Below are positions 1 to 14,000 of a stretch of DNA of 64,000 bases, in pieces. The position numbers and the translations under genes are program-made. The DNA is from Phoronis australis (taxonomy: Eukaryota > Animalia > Phoronida): contig NMRA01000329.1 in assembly GCA_002633005.1 (NCBI GenBank), positions 417,894 through 481,893 on the forward strand, written 5' to 3'. The notes beneath the pieces were generated by a model. The model had not been told where the DNA came from. It did no database searches and saw only the letters and a program-made list of their open reading frames with translations. The stretch's first letter is position 1. Each line of letters opens with the position of its first letter.

Positions 1-652
1 GGTGTTTATCTCATTACGTAATTGAGTTATCTTAAACAGTATCTGTTTCTTCAAACGCTTTATTGATATTCACCGAATGTGTTCTTTTTAGACAGCACAA
101 ATCTTAATTATTCGCTTCCTCCGTCTACACAGGTTTCGCCCCTCTTGGTCGCTTCTCATGATACCTTCCATCCAGTATAAATATTCTTCCCCCACCCACT
201 TTCTCTCGATAACTAACAAATGTCCTTTCAAATCCCCTCAGTAGTCTACATCGAATCTTTGCCCCGTTGTTTTGTCGCTTTTAAAACGGTGAGCCCAAAG
301 AAAATGATTTTCGGTATCGGGCTATATCACAATGTCGTTGTCTTGGCGTATATTAAAAGCCAAGTTCGTGTGTCATGCAAAACCACTAAAACGAGGTACG
401 TGAAAACAATAAAGCAAAAATTGTTGTTGTCAATATTTTACAGTCAAAACGGGATTACCTGCACTCGATTTTTAGCAAAAACGACTTAGGCCTACTTAAC
501 TTGCTCTACTAATAAAACGTTGGCGTTTTCTCCAGAGTAAGCCTATTGAACAGGTATCCAAGTGATGTAGGTTTTGCAAAGAAAATATTAGGGACAGGGT
601 GCAATGCAAATAACCTCGTTGTTCGAGATGGTTGCTTGAATGGTTGAGGACG

Positions 653-798
653 CATGGGCGGCGCAGCACTGAAAAAAGTGCGGGGCTATAGCCCCCAGCC
701 CCCCCCCCCCTGTTGTGCATCGCTCATAGACCATGGGACGCGCAGCATTGAAAATAGTGGGGCGATAGCCCCCAGCCCCCTATGGTGAACCGCCCATG
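653..798. mobile_element. GC-rich MITE with imperfect 5-bp TSD
   Basis: TIR CATGGGCGG / CCGCCCATG; flanks GGACG / GCACG; internal direct duplication and poly-C. Confidence 0.6.
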
Positions 799-3700
799 GC
801 ACGATTCTCCAGCCATGTAATTTGTCCTGTTTTAACAAACATTGAGGCGCGACACTTAAACAACACATGGTTACTTGTGTCTTCAAGTTAGTTAGTTTTC
901 GAAATTTTGTAGTTTGATTTTGTCACGAGAAGTTTTTTGCGCAATATACGCACTCTCATTTGCAGATAGATACCTCTCACGTGAACTTTTTAGCACTGTG
1001 ATTGATATAGGTAAGTGACCATAAAGCCCGTAACTCTAACTCTCAAGTTAATTGATAGTTTCAATAGCCAAAACATTTCTGTACAGGCGAGACCGTCCGG
1101 TACTCAAATCACGATCTTGTAGGATAGTGGTCGTCAATGCTATATGTGGTAGAATTTCCTCATTGTTTGCCTGAGTGGCACTGATAGGCTTACATACATA
1201 AACCCACATTAATTAAACTATTGTAGCTCTTACTATGCATATTCTAATATGTGTGAAAGCTTCAGCAATTTAATTTCATGCTCTTGCCACTTGTTAAAAA
1301 CAAATGAAGCTCTTTACAGCTATAGTCTGTGTGTGCGTGNCTTCTTAGGCACTCTTCACTCTTTTTCTACTGAATACTCACTGCCCTATTTTTTCTTGCT
1401 TTACCTGAATTTTCCAGAGTCTGGGGGATAGTTGTCTTTCTCCCCATCCACTTCACATTTTTGTACTAATAGCCATAAAGCATTCGAGTACCAGACCAAA
1501 TTATAGAGACGAATAACTTAGAAACTTAGAAGTATCTACCAATCGGATTCCAAAAATACACAGATTTCTGTCTAATCAATTTTCTAGACGATACATATGT
1601 TCATAGCGTATTATTTCTCTAGGAATATTTGAACTATTAATTGAAAGTCAATCATTGTATTGAGCGTCTCTGACGCGATCGGTTACTTTGCATTATCGAT
1701 TATTTCTCAAGAATTTGCGAACATGCATTGTGTAAGATATTTCTGTATTGATTTACAAATGTAACAGTGTCATTTTCACCCAGAAAAGCAACCCAGCGAA
1801 TATTTTGAACAGTGTCACTTTAAAAGTTAACTGCATGACAATAAAATTCGCGAAAGCATACATGTACACGAATTTTGAGCACGAAAATTATGCGCTGACA
1901 AAGTACAATTTAAAATTTAATAGCACAGTAGGTTTTCGCAATACGATCCTTTTGAAAACGCTTATGCTGTGTTATAGTGAAAGGGAAGCGTAATAAAATA
2001 AAATTAAACCCATTTGAATACGCTACCTATGCTCATTTAACTAAATTTCGAGCCCTGTGACTCGCTTGTACATTTTTGTCTCTTTTGCTTTTCGTTTCCT
2101 CAGTTTTTCAAGTTTGAATCTGTTGAGTTTACCTACAATGCTGCAGGATGACTGAGAATGTTACTGATGTGTAAGGTTGTAGTCTTTGCCCAACAAGGCT
2201 GTTTATAGCTGTAACTTTCAACGGCGTGTGCGTCTCCATATCACCATCTGTGTTAACTCGAATTTTTGCTCAAGCCAATTATTCGTTAAAAGGCTTTGGT
2301 ACCACAAAAAATTAAGCGGTTAAAAGATATTAACCTTTTAGCTACAACATGTACAACAAAAATTATTATAACGGCATTAAAATCATCGAATGCTCCGCCA
2401 GCTTAAAAAAATCACAGAGCAAATGACAATCCATTCATAACATAATCCTTCTGATTTTGTTGCGATTTCGCACATCATAAAATTGGAATTTTCTTAAAAA
2501 CCCTTAAATGTAAGCCACAAACTATGATTAAAAACTGACATAATGTAAAATTAAACAACACTTTCTTGTTGAAACTGGTGATTACAACCCGATTCATCGT
2601 TGCCTCAACTTACCTAGATTGCAGAGCCTTGTTGAAGCATCTCTATAACAATTTCCGTCGTCTTCCGTTGTTTTCAGCTGTTTCTTTACACTACACTCAT
2701 GTTTTTACCACAGCTCAATTATAAGTCGAGAATGTTATAATGAACACAACATAATCACCCCCTTTGACTATGATCATCGATCGGCAGGTACACACCAGAT
2801 TTATGTGCTGTTATTAACCAACTGCTGTGCCTAGGAAATGCCGTTGACGTTGCTTGGCTACGAAAGTAAATCGCTCTCTGTTGACGTGTCCGGTGACGTG
2901 CAACGCTATTACGGTCTGTAGCGCATACCTAGATTAGTTTTCCAGAAAAATCACAAATGAAAATAATACGTCTTGGAGGAATTGATTTATTGCGTGTTAC
3001 TTTATTGGGTAATGTGATTTCGTTTTTGAGAGTCCTTAAAATATCTTAGTGCAGATGAAACGGGGATAAAATGAATGACATTTCTCAGTGAACGATGATA
3101 GTGAATATTTAGAATACGAGAGTGCCAGTTATTTTTTAACCTTCATTAAAAAACTATACAAAGTTGAAACATGAGATACCACACAAGATTGTTTCGTTGT
3201 TGGATTGCAATCTATGGACAAAGGAGTTATTTAAACATCAAAATCGGTTAAAATTGAGACAGTATTGTCTAGCTTCATAAGCACTTTTTTAAACCAGGCA
3301 GTAGTTCACTTGACCTACACCGAGACCCATGGGCCAAATGACGACTGCCGACAGTTTTTCATTTCGGCAGAGTAGCTAAGTGTTAGTTAGTCTGTGATGA
3401 CAAGCAATTTACTAAATCGAACTACCATTTCACGCTAAAGAAGAGGTCAGCGTCCGGACCAGTTACGTAATGTGGATGCCAAGATCGCAAATGCTGGTTG
3501 AATTGTTCAAGAAATTTGAGTCAAACAGAACAGTGGATCATGATCACCACGGCGTTTTCTCCAAGGGCGCCGGATCCACTACTTTAGCGATAGCGAGTTT
3601 GTCATTTTTTGTCGTATCTCTGGAAGGGATAAACCTCCTGAATCCCCGTATCCGCTACTGTTACGCACTATGCACGTGTTTAGAACTTGGCGAATGACCA

Positions 3701-5432
3701 TAAACCTGTCCCTGTGAATTAGATGCATGAACCAGGCTTGCGGTAAATGCTGACGTTTCAGAAACGTAAAATTAACAAAAGGACACTGAATACACCTAAA
3801 TTAAGATTATGAAGAACCTTATTGACGAGTATTTTGCCAAATAACCACGAATCATAGATTTGGACCCAGTAAACGTTTATTTCCTGAAACTAGAAAGCCT
3901 ATAAAAATTTTACTTATCACCAATCTTCCATTCACAGGGTCAGGTGACCAAGACTTTTCAATAAAATTGAGCAAAAAAAGGCACATTGACAGCAAGAAAA
4001 CACTATCAATGACATAATCAAATTTTACTTGACATAAATACTCAAAAACGCGGGCAATTCATTTCGTTTTTGTTGCAACTTTAGATTTTTTCATGGAAAT
4101 CATAAAAATCCTATTCCTGATTGCCCCAAATGAAAAAGTGGGACATTTATGTGCATGGGGATAAATACACTGCTAATTGGTAGCAATATAATAATAATTG
4201 TAATAATCCCTGTTTAACAACAATTCATCATGTTTTGGTGGAGCTGACCCAGTAACCATGTTTTCTTTTGAATCCCTTTTATCAATATTTGGGACAATAT
4301 CATTTCATACCCTTATTACAAACACATAGTTATAATACAAAAGTATATTGCATAAAAATACAACATTTCAACCTAGTGTATTTTCATTCGCCACAATTGG
4401 AGAAAACACTGCAACATTGAATATTTAACGTAATGGGTGGCCACAGGAAAAAAACTTGTCATACAGCAGTTTTGTAAAAATGAATTTTACAATATTAAAA
4501 TAGTTGTATGTATATATACACATAATAAATTTTGAGTGCAAATACTGATCACAAACATTTTAAGCCTGTTCTGCACGCCACCTGTTGGCCACATCATGTG
4601 ACCTAATGAAACGTAAGGGTGCAGACCAGACTTAAAATGTTTGTGTCTGATTAAAGTAGTTGAATAATGTTTTTTTGAATTATTGAAACATGGCTGCATA
4701 TACAATGTTTGAGTCTTCATCTGTACATTATTAATTAGCAAACAAGTTTATCAAATAATGCACTGATACTAAAATTTGGACAATGTTGTGAAAATTCACA
4801 GTACGTCTGTTACATGGATTGTGTTTATATCGGTCACTGAGACATACTTGTAGTTGCACAGGCACACTCAAGGACTGGAAACAATTCCATGACCACACCT
4901 CTAAATTCCAGTTATGATCCTCTAAACCCCAGTCCATGACAAGCGGGCACCAAATTTCAGTACAAATCCACAGACTCATTTTCTTAAAGTCCACACACCC
5001 ACCAAAAATGCAAATCATGCAGTGACCAAACTCCAGAGTGCGGACCAGGCCCCTCACTCAGACTTAAATCTGAGTCTGGCATGGGTTGATTTCAATGTCC
5101 ACAAGGTTGACGTCAGTATAGGGAAGTCAGTGACTTTATTGAACTTTTTGATTTCGAAGGTCCATTTCAGTATTCTGAATGCTACTTTCTCCACTGGGAA
5201 AGTGGATCCAGGTCTTTGTAGAAATGATATCAACATTCAGAAAGACGTAGGTGGACAGGTTACACTGGACTAAAAAGAGGCTGTTGTATATCTGTCATCT
5301 TGTAATGACCTAGAGACAGCATGTACCTGAACAGGTTCTATAGCCACCAGACTTGGTAATCAGTGGTCCCCATATCAATAGTTGCACAGAAACAACCAAT
5401 CAGGAATCCTCCAAAAGACCAATCCTTGTCAA

Positions 5433-5654
5433 TCATGAGCTGGTGGGCGGAACTAGTTTGGTTGCGCATTCTAACAAAATGTCGTGAATGTCTTTGGCAC
5501 TACTGATCTGTGTCCTTACTGTGTTCAGGTACTGGGCAAAACTGAGCCCATCTTGACTGGAGGGGGCGCTGACGTCAGACTTAGATGGGTTAATAGGGAC
5601 TGGAGTGAACTTATCACTATCTTGTTGCAACTTTTGACACTCTTGAGCCATACG
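5433..5654 (-). CDS. MED29: MED29 exon 4 (terminal)
   Basis: Acceptor TTTCAG; RMAQECQKLQQDS..KLVPPTSS then TGA. Confidence 0.93.
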   Translation of the reverse strand, partial: RMAQECQKLQQDSDKFTPVPINPSKSDVSAPSSQDGLSFAQYLNTVRTQISSAKDIHDILLECATKLVPPTSS

Positions 5655-7649
5655 CTGAAAAGAAACAAACGCAACGATAGAAAGTAAGTCTACAAATTGC
5701 TATAAACCAGTCAGAATAAGGTAGCTTGCAAACATGCTGGTTTTGCTTGACCAGTTTTGCTATAGATAACTTTTTGTAGAAATTGGCAATGTTCTACCTT
5801 CATTGTTAAGAAACGTACCTGAATTGCAAAAGAATCTTCCTCTGTTCTATTCATGTGAGCTTCACAAAAAATTGCAGACCCAAATTATTTGTTTAATCTA
5901 TCAATAAATAAAGTTTGTCCACCTAGACAATCCTCTTTTAAAGGTCATCCAAAAGTTATTCATGGGTGCCCCTGGTCACCACAATGTATGCAAATTTATT
6001 TCATTCAACTGTGCCAGCCAATGAGACACTCAGCAGGTTTTTGCAGCCAAATCCTGGGCACAATGGTCTTGTCAGCAAGCTGACAATTTGCAGTGAGCTC
6101 ATGAATTTAAAATGGTGCCACCAGGAGAGGAATGATGGAAAACACAGAATTGTGGGTAAATATTGAAAACAGACTACATGAATCGATCCATTTCATGGTG
6201 AAAACTTCACGCCATATCGTTTGCTTTAATCGGCGCGGCTTTGCAAACAACCAAAGCTAAGATTTTGTTTTACAAAAATCTATACCAATTGTGTTCCACG
6301 AGATTTCTACCTGTTGCTCCGTTTCAATAGATACTTATTTACAGATAGATTACCTGTCCACATTACACTTGCCTTTCTTTCAAAAATTTTTAATTATGAC
6401 CACCTATGAAATGTTATGAATCTAGTCCCAGCTGATCCGTTACTCAAATTAGAGGTAGTTTCAGGGTTTGATCAGAAATGAGTGTTTATAGAAACATGAG
6501 ACTAAGCTAATGCAATTCCAACTCGGGCTGGGCCTAGACATAAAATGCAATGTGGAGTACTATCGCAGCAGAATCAGCTTACAGTAACCATTGTTATAAT
6601 ATTTCACCATTGATGACAAATAACCAGAACAGAAATAACAGCACATTACACATACAATAGCCAGTTCACATTGGTCACACAGGGTGTAAAATTCCTCCAG
6701 GCTTCTTTCAAGGCTTTGATTTGAACTCTCTGATGCTTTTCTGAAATCAAAAAATATTGTACGGTAATTTTCCACTTATTTTGCAGAAAGGCTGCAAATA
6801 ATGAAAAATGTTGCTTTATGACACCCTGCTAGTATTAGGTTAATTTTTTCTCTAATCTGTAATTTTGCAGAAAATTGGACAGTATAGAGTTTCATTTGTC
6901 CATCTTGTTGTGTGTTAAATAGATGAAGACTTACCTAAAATTAACAAAGGCTTTGTTGTTTGTTAAAATGTTACAATAACAACAACACTACTACATATTG
7001 TGATACTCATTAATTAATACAGGCCTAATTGTATATGGGTAAAAAATTTTGAACTTACGAATAAGTGTCCACCAGAGCATTTTGATTTAACACCTGAGCG
7101 GATATCTTCATCAGCTTCTGAAATGATTATGGAGACACAAATTAGTCCAATACACTAAAATTACGACTTGTACACATTGGATAACTAAACACACATAGAT
7201 AACAAGGAAAATGACAGAAGATATGATGTCATAATTATATCCCCTTGTACGCGCAGTGTAAAAACACCAGTTGCCCATTTGGACAACTGAACGAAGGACC
7301 ATTCACTTGAAAAAAGTCCGATTGCGGGAGTAGTTGTTCAAGCTTGGAAGAGTTAGACATCAACGGCCTCCTAAGGTGTTCCTTTATGCGCAAAAGGTTC
7401 TTAAAGTGACATAACTTTAACTAAGTGTGAGGCATAATTCACCTAAAAGCTTCCGGCGTATGGAGGGCCTATGGGATAGCCACCGTCTCTAGAGTACTGA
7501 CTACTGCACTGCAGTCAGGCAGTTGACAGGTTGAGACACAATGAGTCACTTACGGACAGAGATTCTTTCAGTTTTGGCACCAAACTTTTGAATTTTTCGA
7601 CAGGATCAATGTCAGTACTTGGAACCTGGTTAGTTGTAGCCCCAGCCAT
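5433..7649 (-). CDS. MED29: Mediator complex subunit 29, whole gene (4 exons, 153 aa)
   Basis: Exons 7554-7649, 7059-7117, 6656-6740 and 5433-5654 join in frame with GT-AG introns (462 nt). Protein DPVEKFKSLVPKLKESL..LMKISAQVLNQN..SLEEFYTLCDQCELAIRMAQEC..FAQYLNTVRTQISSAKDIHDILLECA matches recalled human MED29 (DPVQRYKMLIPQLKESL..CLEEFYALCDQLELCLRLAHEC..YLAVIKAQISCAKDIHTALLDCA). Confidence 0.95.
6656..6740 (-). CDS. MED29: MED29 exon 3
   Basis: Acceptor TTTCAG; KASESSNQSLERSLEEFYTLCDQCELAI; donor GTATGT. Confidence 0.93.
7059..7117 (-). CDS. MED29: MED29 exon 2
   Basis: Acceptor TTTCAG; KLMKISAQVLNQNALVDTY(S); donor GTAAGT, phase 2. Confidence 0.9.
7251..7491 (+). repeat. Dispersed ~240-bp repeat, copy in MED29 intron 1
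   Basis: Shares GCGCAGTGTAAAA, TGTGAGGCATAATTCACC, CCTATGGGA and CACC(G/A)TCTCTA with 8417-8658. Confidence 0.75.
7554..7649 (-). CDS. MED29: MED29 coding exon 1
   Basis: ATG GCT..; MAGATTNQVPSTDIDPVEKFKSLVPKLKESLS; donor GTAAGT. Confidence 0.9.
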
Positions 7650-8016
7650 TGTCCTTTTAAAGGACAATCTTCAAATATTCTCGATAACTCAAGGACTTAG
7701 CCAGCACTTGTGTATCATCAGCAACAGAAATGGTGTATCGCCAATAGATGTCACTCTAAGCGTTGTTTCGGAATGCGTTAATCTACCGACGTAGTGTTTG
7801 TTTAAATTTATACTTTTTAATATGTTTTTAATGCATCAGGTTTAAATTTTGCAATTTAAAATCATTTTTATTCAAAATATGATATAAAAATTGAAAGTTT
7901 CATATCTTATAAATATTGTTTGTGTCAAAAACGTCGTGGCCTATGATTGTTGTTAACGGGTTTCTTTTTGTGGAAGAAGCTGATCTGCCACCAAGTTTTC
8001 AAGTAGAAATCGCGCC
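7650..8016. promoter_or_regulatory. Bidirectional promoter and 5' UTRs shared by MED29 and PAF1
   Basis: 367 bp between divergent ATGs, with an AT-rich core at about 7800-7920. Inferred from gene geometry. Confidence 0.75.
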
Positions 8017-8084
8017 ATGCCTCCCACAATACAGTCTGGCAGGAATGATCAGAGGGGCAGAAAGCCCAGAACTGGAGAAAGAAG
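8017..8084 (+). CDS. PAF1: PAF1 exon 1
   Basis: GCC ATG context; [22 protein letters not shown]; donor AG|GTAAAA. Confidence 0.9.
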
Positions 8085-11000
8085 GTAAAAACTAAAAAAT
8101 ACAGAAACGCCGTTTTCTTAATTCTTATTTCATTAGGTTAAAACGATTATCAATATCATGATTATCATGTCCATCTGAATCTGTCCATCGTCCATGGCAT
8201 TACGTTGCACTTGCAGTAACCAATATTGGCATCGTTATGTTCGCTGTATTACTTCATAAAATAAATGTGTTCATGCGATAGCAATTTCAAATGGTGCTGA
8301 ATAATATTTAATGTGCAGTTCGAGTGTGATGTGTATGGACTATGGAACTTGATTCTACACTAAGTTTCACTGTGCGGACTTCCAACCCTATTTACATTTA
8401 ACTTAGGGCCTGGCGTGCGCAGTGTAAAATTGGACACTTGACGATTTGAGCAACTGAAAAAAGGACTTCTCAAAAAAATTTGATTTGAGTGTTTGTTTGA
8501 GTTGGAAGGAATTAAAAACATTGACAGCCTCTAAAGGTGTCCCTCTATTCGTAAAACAAAAGATACTTTTAGCAACATGACATACATGGTTTTGTGAGGC
8601 ATAATTCACCGAAAATCTTCCAGCAAGTGAAGGCCCTATGGGAGCATCACCATCTCTACTAAGATAGTAGCATTGTCTAGTGTCTTACATCTGACAAATG
8701 CCAACGACGTTGACCGCATTAGGCAATACATCGCCTGTGAATGCCGTAAGCATTTAGCTTGATATATAAGCAGGGCTGCAGACACACAAAGGCGATTGTA
8801 CACTTCCATAAAAAGTCACTCATCTCAAAATACAGCGCATAACATCGAATGAAACATTCATATGTAAAATTGAACAACAATAACTGTTTGAAGTCCATGC
8901 CATGCCATCAGTGAACCATGCAGATTGACTTATTAATGATTTATTTATTAACACTGAGTTTAACTGGTCAATTTCCAGTTACAACTTTGATCCACAACAA
9001 TTTCCTATAGAGAAATGACAAAAGTTAAAACCAAGATGGTGGAATGTCCTAGGCCACCAATTATGATGATGTCATAGTTTCCTTCCCTGTTCAGTCATGA
9101 ACGTGAAGAGAAGCTAAAAAGATATCAAGATTATTTTCCAAATTTCAATAGGCACAATAGAAGTCACAGCACAAAGTTCATTCCCTTGAGGAAGTGTACC
9201 ATTGGGTTTTGAGTCCACATCCAGATCAGCTCTAAAGTTTTGTTAACATCCAAAACACGTGTATCTTTTAGACACCGTATGGATATCTACTTTTGATTTT
9301 GGTTGGTTCCAAGGCTCCTGCACAACAGAATTGTTCCTTTTGTTTACTAGATTGTCGCACGAGTGAACAGGCAGAGAACATATCTCTTGAGGTGATATTA
9401 ATCTCAGTGAAGTTTTACAGGGCTCAACTCCTGATTGGCTTTCATCATTGCTTGTTGTTTTTTTTATAGGTCAGAGATTGTTGTGCGCATGAAATACTGC
9501 AACACATTACCAGACATACCATTTGACCCTAAGTTTGTCACCTATCCATTCGAAGCCAACAGGTAAAGTTATTATGTTGCGTTATATTAAGTTCTGCTTT
9601 GATGGGTCAAAAATTGTCAAGTTCAAAGTAATGGAAAATAAGAGTGAAGCAGTTTATTATTATTAAAAAAATGAGCTAAAAACAGTGTAGCCATGTAAGA
9701 CATATCGCAAAATTATATCAAAATATTTGACATCCAGCATTATGTGAAATGGGATGTGCCAAGGTAAAAGTCATATTACCTATTAAAGCAGTGCTCAGTA
9801 AACCCTAAGCTAATGAAAGTGGTCAATGAAAAGTTGCTTAACTCTAAGATTTACCTTGAAAATGACTGGAAATGTTTATGAAGTACAACTATACAACCTT
9901 GGTTCATTGGTTTTATTCAGTGTTTGTGTTGGTGTGATGTTATAAGTTTTCAGGAATTTTGTTGCTTTCCTGAACCTAAAGTCTATGCTTTCATTGCAGA
10001 TTTGTGCAGTACAATCCCACATCACTGGAACGCACATACAAACATGAGCTGCTTACGGAGCATGATTTAGGAGTTTCCATTGATCTGATCAACCCTGACA
10101 CCTATCGATTAACTCCTAGCTGTAAGTTCGCGATCTGTTTCATGAAGACATGACTTAACTCAAATATTTTGCTTTACGCTCCATGTAAATATTCCTGAAA
10201 GATAAATCTCACTTGTCTGAGAAAAGGTGCAAAGTCTCTGAGAATATCCGTAACTGCTAGTTAGTGAGAACATACTTATAAAATATTTCTAGACTGTAAT
10301 GCTAATGCACTCATAAGCCGTTTTTCACCAAGTTGAAACGTAAGACCAAATTTCTATCTCACGTCACTGTCATGAAGCAGGCCCTTGGTATCATATGGAC
10401 TTTTAGTAGTAGGTCGCAATCTAACATGCAGAAATCTATCAAAGTAGGCGCTTGATTTTTATCCTGATACATGGTGAAATTTTTCTTTGTAGATCTCCTT
10501 AACCCATCTCCTGGTGCTTGGGCCATCACGTTTTAATGTAACGACACACCTTTAGTTATAGCATGCACTGTAAAAGCTAATGATTTTATTGTGTCTTTCT
10601 TAATAGAAAATGTCATCCCTTATTATTTTCAGCAATGTTAGCAGAGGAGGATGAGAGAATACTTGAAGAAGACAGTACACCACAAGACCAGAAGAGGTAT
10701 TTTGTGTAATGGTGTTAGTGTAAATATGGAATACGGGACACCTTAATGCGCAGTGAAATTGACAATTCTTTTAATATTAAGCATTAGTGTTCTCCACAAC
10801 CTGTTTTGACTCGTCACTGTGTCGAGTGTGAACTTTGTCGTGACCAATTTGGCTTACTTACAACAATTCTAAAGTATTGGGAGATTAGTTATTTCTTCAG
10901 TGAATTAGGCCATTTTGGACTTGTGGTACCAGTTCGATGCATATGTTCCAAGACTTAAACAAACTCCCCACATTGTGGACATGGACTTTTGAACGTGTGT

Positions 11001-14000
11001 ACGAATTTAAATTTTGTAATTCCAGTCGAGTTTGAATTTTCTGTTATGGAGAACACTGATCTTTAAAAAACACTAAAAAGGCACATGTCTGGCTAGAATT
11101 TCTGCTGTCAGCTTTATTCTGTCCAGAAGTTGACGGTGATTTTTGAACTCTGCAAAGTAAAGGTGTTGGTGATAAAACTTTTTTTGTATTGTATCCTTTG
11201 ACTTAAGAAAACATTAGTTTCTGCCAACAAATGGGAATGAACATTTCAGGAAAAAGGATTTAATTTTGAAGTACTGTGCATGTGCTGTAGTCTTAAAACA
11301 TTATGAAATTTGTGGAAATTCGTCTATCCTTGCAGAAGGAAAAACAAGTCAAAACATAACTTGTGCATTAAATCCTTTGAAAATTATAGGGAAAATTTTG
11401 ATTTGACATCTCGCTGATTTTTGACGAAAAGAAATTTCTTCAATGTCTGATTCGTGCTTTTGTATGTTTTAGGTCCAGACATCACAACAAGAGTGTGTCA
11501 TGGCTGCGGAAGACTGAGTACATCTCTACAGAATACAACCGCTTCACACAAAGTGCTGAGAAGGCTGAAGCCAGGTTTGTGTCTTTTGTAGGAGAGCTGC
11601 ACTACCGAGTATTTCTGAAACAGCTCATGACTCTTTCAGAATTCTTGATTTTGCCGACGTAACCTCTGTGTCAAAAACACCCTCAGAGGGTCTTTTGGGA
11701 AACTTGTATTGTCACCCACAGGTCCCTCATTCACCAGGGACTTTTAAGGTTTGTAGTAAGAGAAAGCCTTCACTTTGTTAACAGTTTATCTACTATAATA
11801 ACAGAAGTTTGACAATACTTCTGTTAACAAGTATTTAACTTGAAAAATTTTAACTGTTCCTGTAAAAGTATAAAATTAAGAATATCCGTCTTGTACCAGA
11901 TATGGGGCCTTTTGAATCTGGGGACATTTTTATGGTGGGGACTGTTTAAGGAACACTTGGCATATGTCTTGAGACTGAGAAGCGTTATCTTAGACCATTT
12001 GCTGGTCGCCCTCCTTTTTAATGATTGGTGGTGCCTGTGAACACTATTTTACAAACAAAAGCAACCCTGGCAAATAAAGTTATTAAAGTAACATACCGAT
12101 CACTGTCTGACGGCAGCTCATTTGTCACTGTTTGTTGTGTGGTATGCCAATTTAAATTCATAATCACCCTGCCTCTTCACACGGGATGTTATCTGTTAAT
12201 ATCTCTTCGCTCAGTCCACAATGTCTGCCATCTGTCACAGTAACAACTAGACCTACGATTCAGGCTGTAAATTCAAGTTCTACCTTCGTGTTTTTTTACT
12301 TAAAGTTGGCATAATTCTGCCTTTTAACAAAAAAACTTTTGATTCAGATCATTTACTGTAATGAAATCGGTCTGGACTTCTTTCTTACTCAAATTAAAGA
12401 TGTGTACAGGTTTTGGAATTAAATGATATTTCATTAGTGCTTGACGGTCATTCTCAACAATCTAGCTCGTGGTGACAGGTCAGCCTGTACACTCACCATG
12501 GTCTTGGGCAGTAGTGGTCTTTCAGTTCTTTCCAATGTCATAAATGGTTTGGCGTCTAAATAAAGAAAGTGTGAGATTGTTCGTATAGCTGTATGTGTTT
12601 TGAATGGTTCATTGCCGATTTGTAGCAGTTTAACTGTACGAAAACTCAAAGTTTTTACCTCCGTGAAAATCTCAAACTTGTTTTAATTTGAGATGTAGTG
12701 TAGTACTCGACTGGCGATGTTGACAGACAACTTGAGTCTGAGTTTAAATTTGAAGATGACATCCATACATGTACATATTATCTATGCCTTGGAGGACCCA
12801 TCAATTGCATCGGTTATGTTCAAATTGAATAGCTTGTGATAGTTTCAAGCCTACTTGGAATCTTATTTCTTGTGCTGTTTGAGAGCTAATTTACACAATC
12901 AGCATTGATATATTTATTCATAACTCATTCATTTATAGAATGTGTTGAAAATTGTCTTTTATCAGGATCGGCTTCAGTATAAAGAAAAGACTAAAGGAAG
13001 AAGATATTTATAAAGACAGGGAAAGCCAGATAGCTGCAATTAATTCTACGTTTGAAGCCAATAAAAAACCGGTACGATGCATGTTGTGTGAACAGCACAG
13101 TTTAAGTAGACTTAGAAATATCACTGATTTCACTTACCTTGAGGATTGAAATATTTTTTGGATTATTAGAGAATATAAACCCAGCTCAAATAGTTTGGAT
13201 CAGTGCATAAGAGAATAATACCACACACCGTATTCGCCCTAATAAGCGCCCATGCCCCTATAAGCGCCCCCATGCATTTTCAGACTTCACTAAAATAAGT
13301 ACCCAGCCCGTGAATGTGTATGCCTTACCTACAGTGCTAAAATTCTACAGTAACGTCTTCAATTAATCAATAATATCTGACAGTGCGCGGAAGTTTCTAG
13401 ACCCCGAGCCTTGCTGTTATGTCAGTATTTAGCCATGACTATACACTTTAAACTTCAGCAGTGCTTCAAAAAGAATTCAAAAGTTTTGGTTATCTTCTGA
13501 GGAACATGTCCTACTATGGTCAGGCCTTTCAGAACAGACGCAGCGTACTTGTCAATGGGGTTGTAATGTATCTTTCCCGTTCAGATCTCCCTCAACAGGA
13601 ATCCAGATTTCTTTGTACACGTGAAAACCGCGAATCGAAGATTATTAAAAAAAAATTGACCATTGTTAAAAGCACGTTGCCAGGAAACGCGCGCTACATA
13701 CATGCAGGCCTGCTACTCTGGCAAATGAACTCTGATGAAATGCGCGCGCTTACTCACGCGGCACACACACGCTGACGAACTTCAAATCAAACGTCACGTG
13801 ACGACGTGTCGTCTAGATTTTTCTCATGTTGCGGGGTGCGATCTGGACTTAATATGCGGTTCATCCTGACTTCACAGGAACTTAAAAATCTTAGGGATGC
13901 TATTTGGAAAACTTAAGGAGGATTTCAGGTAATTTGTTGTCAGAGTTGAAACTGTATTTTTGTCCAAGAATTCAAGTTGCGTTATCAACGATCTCGAGGC

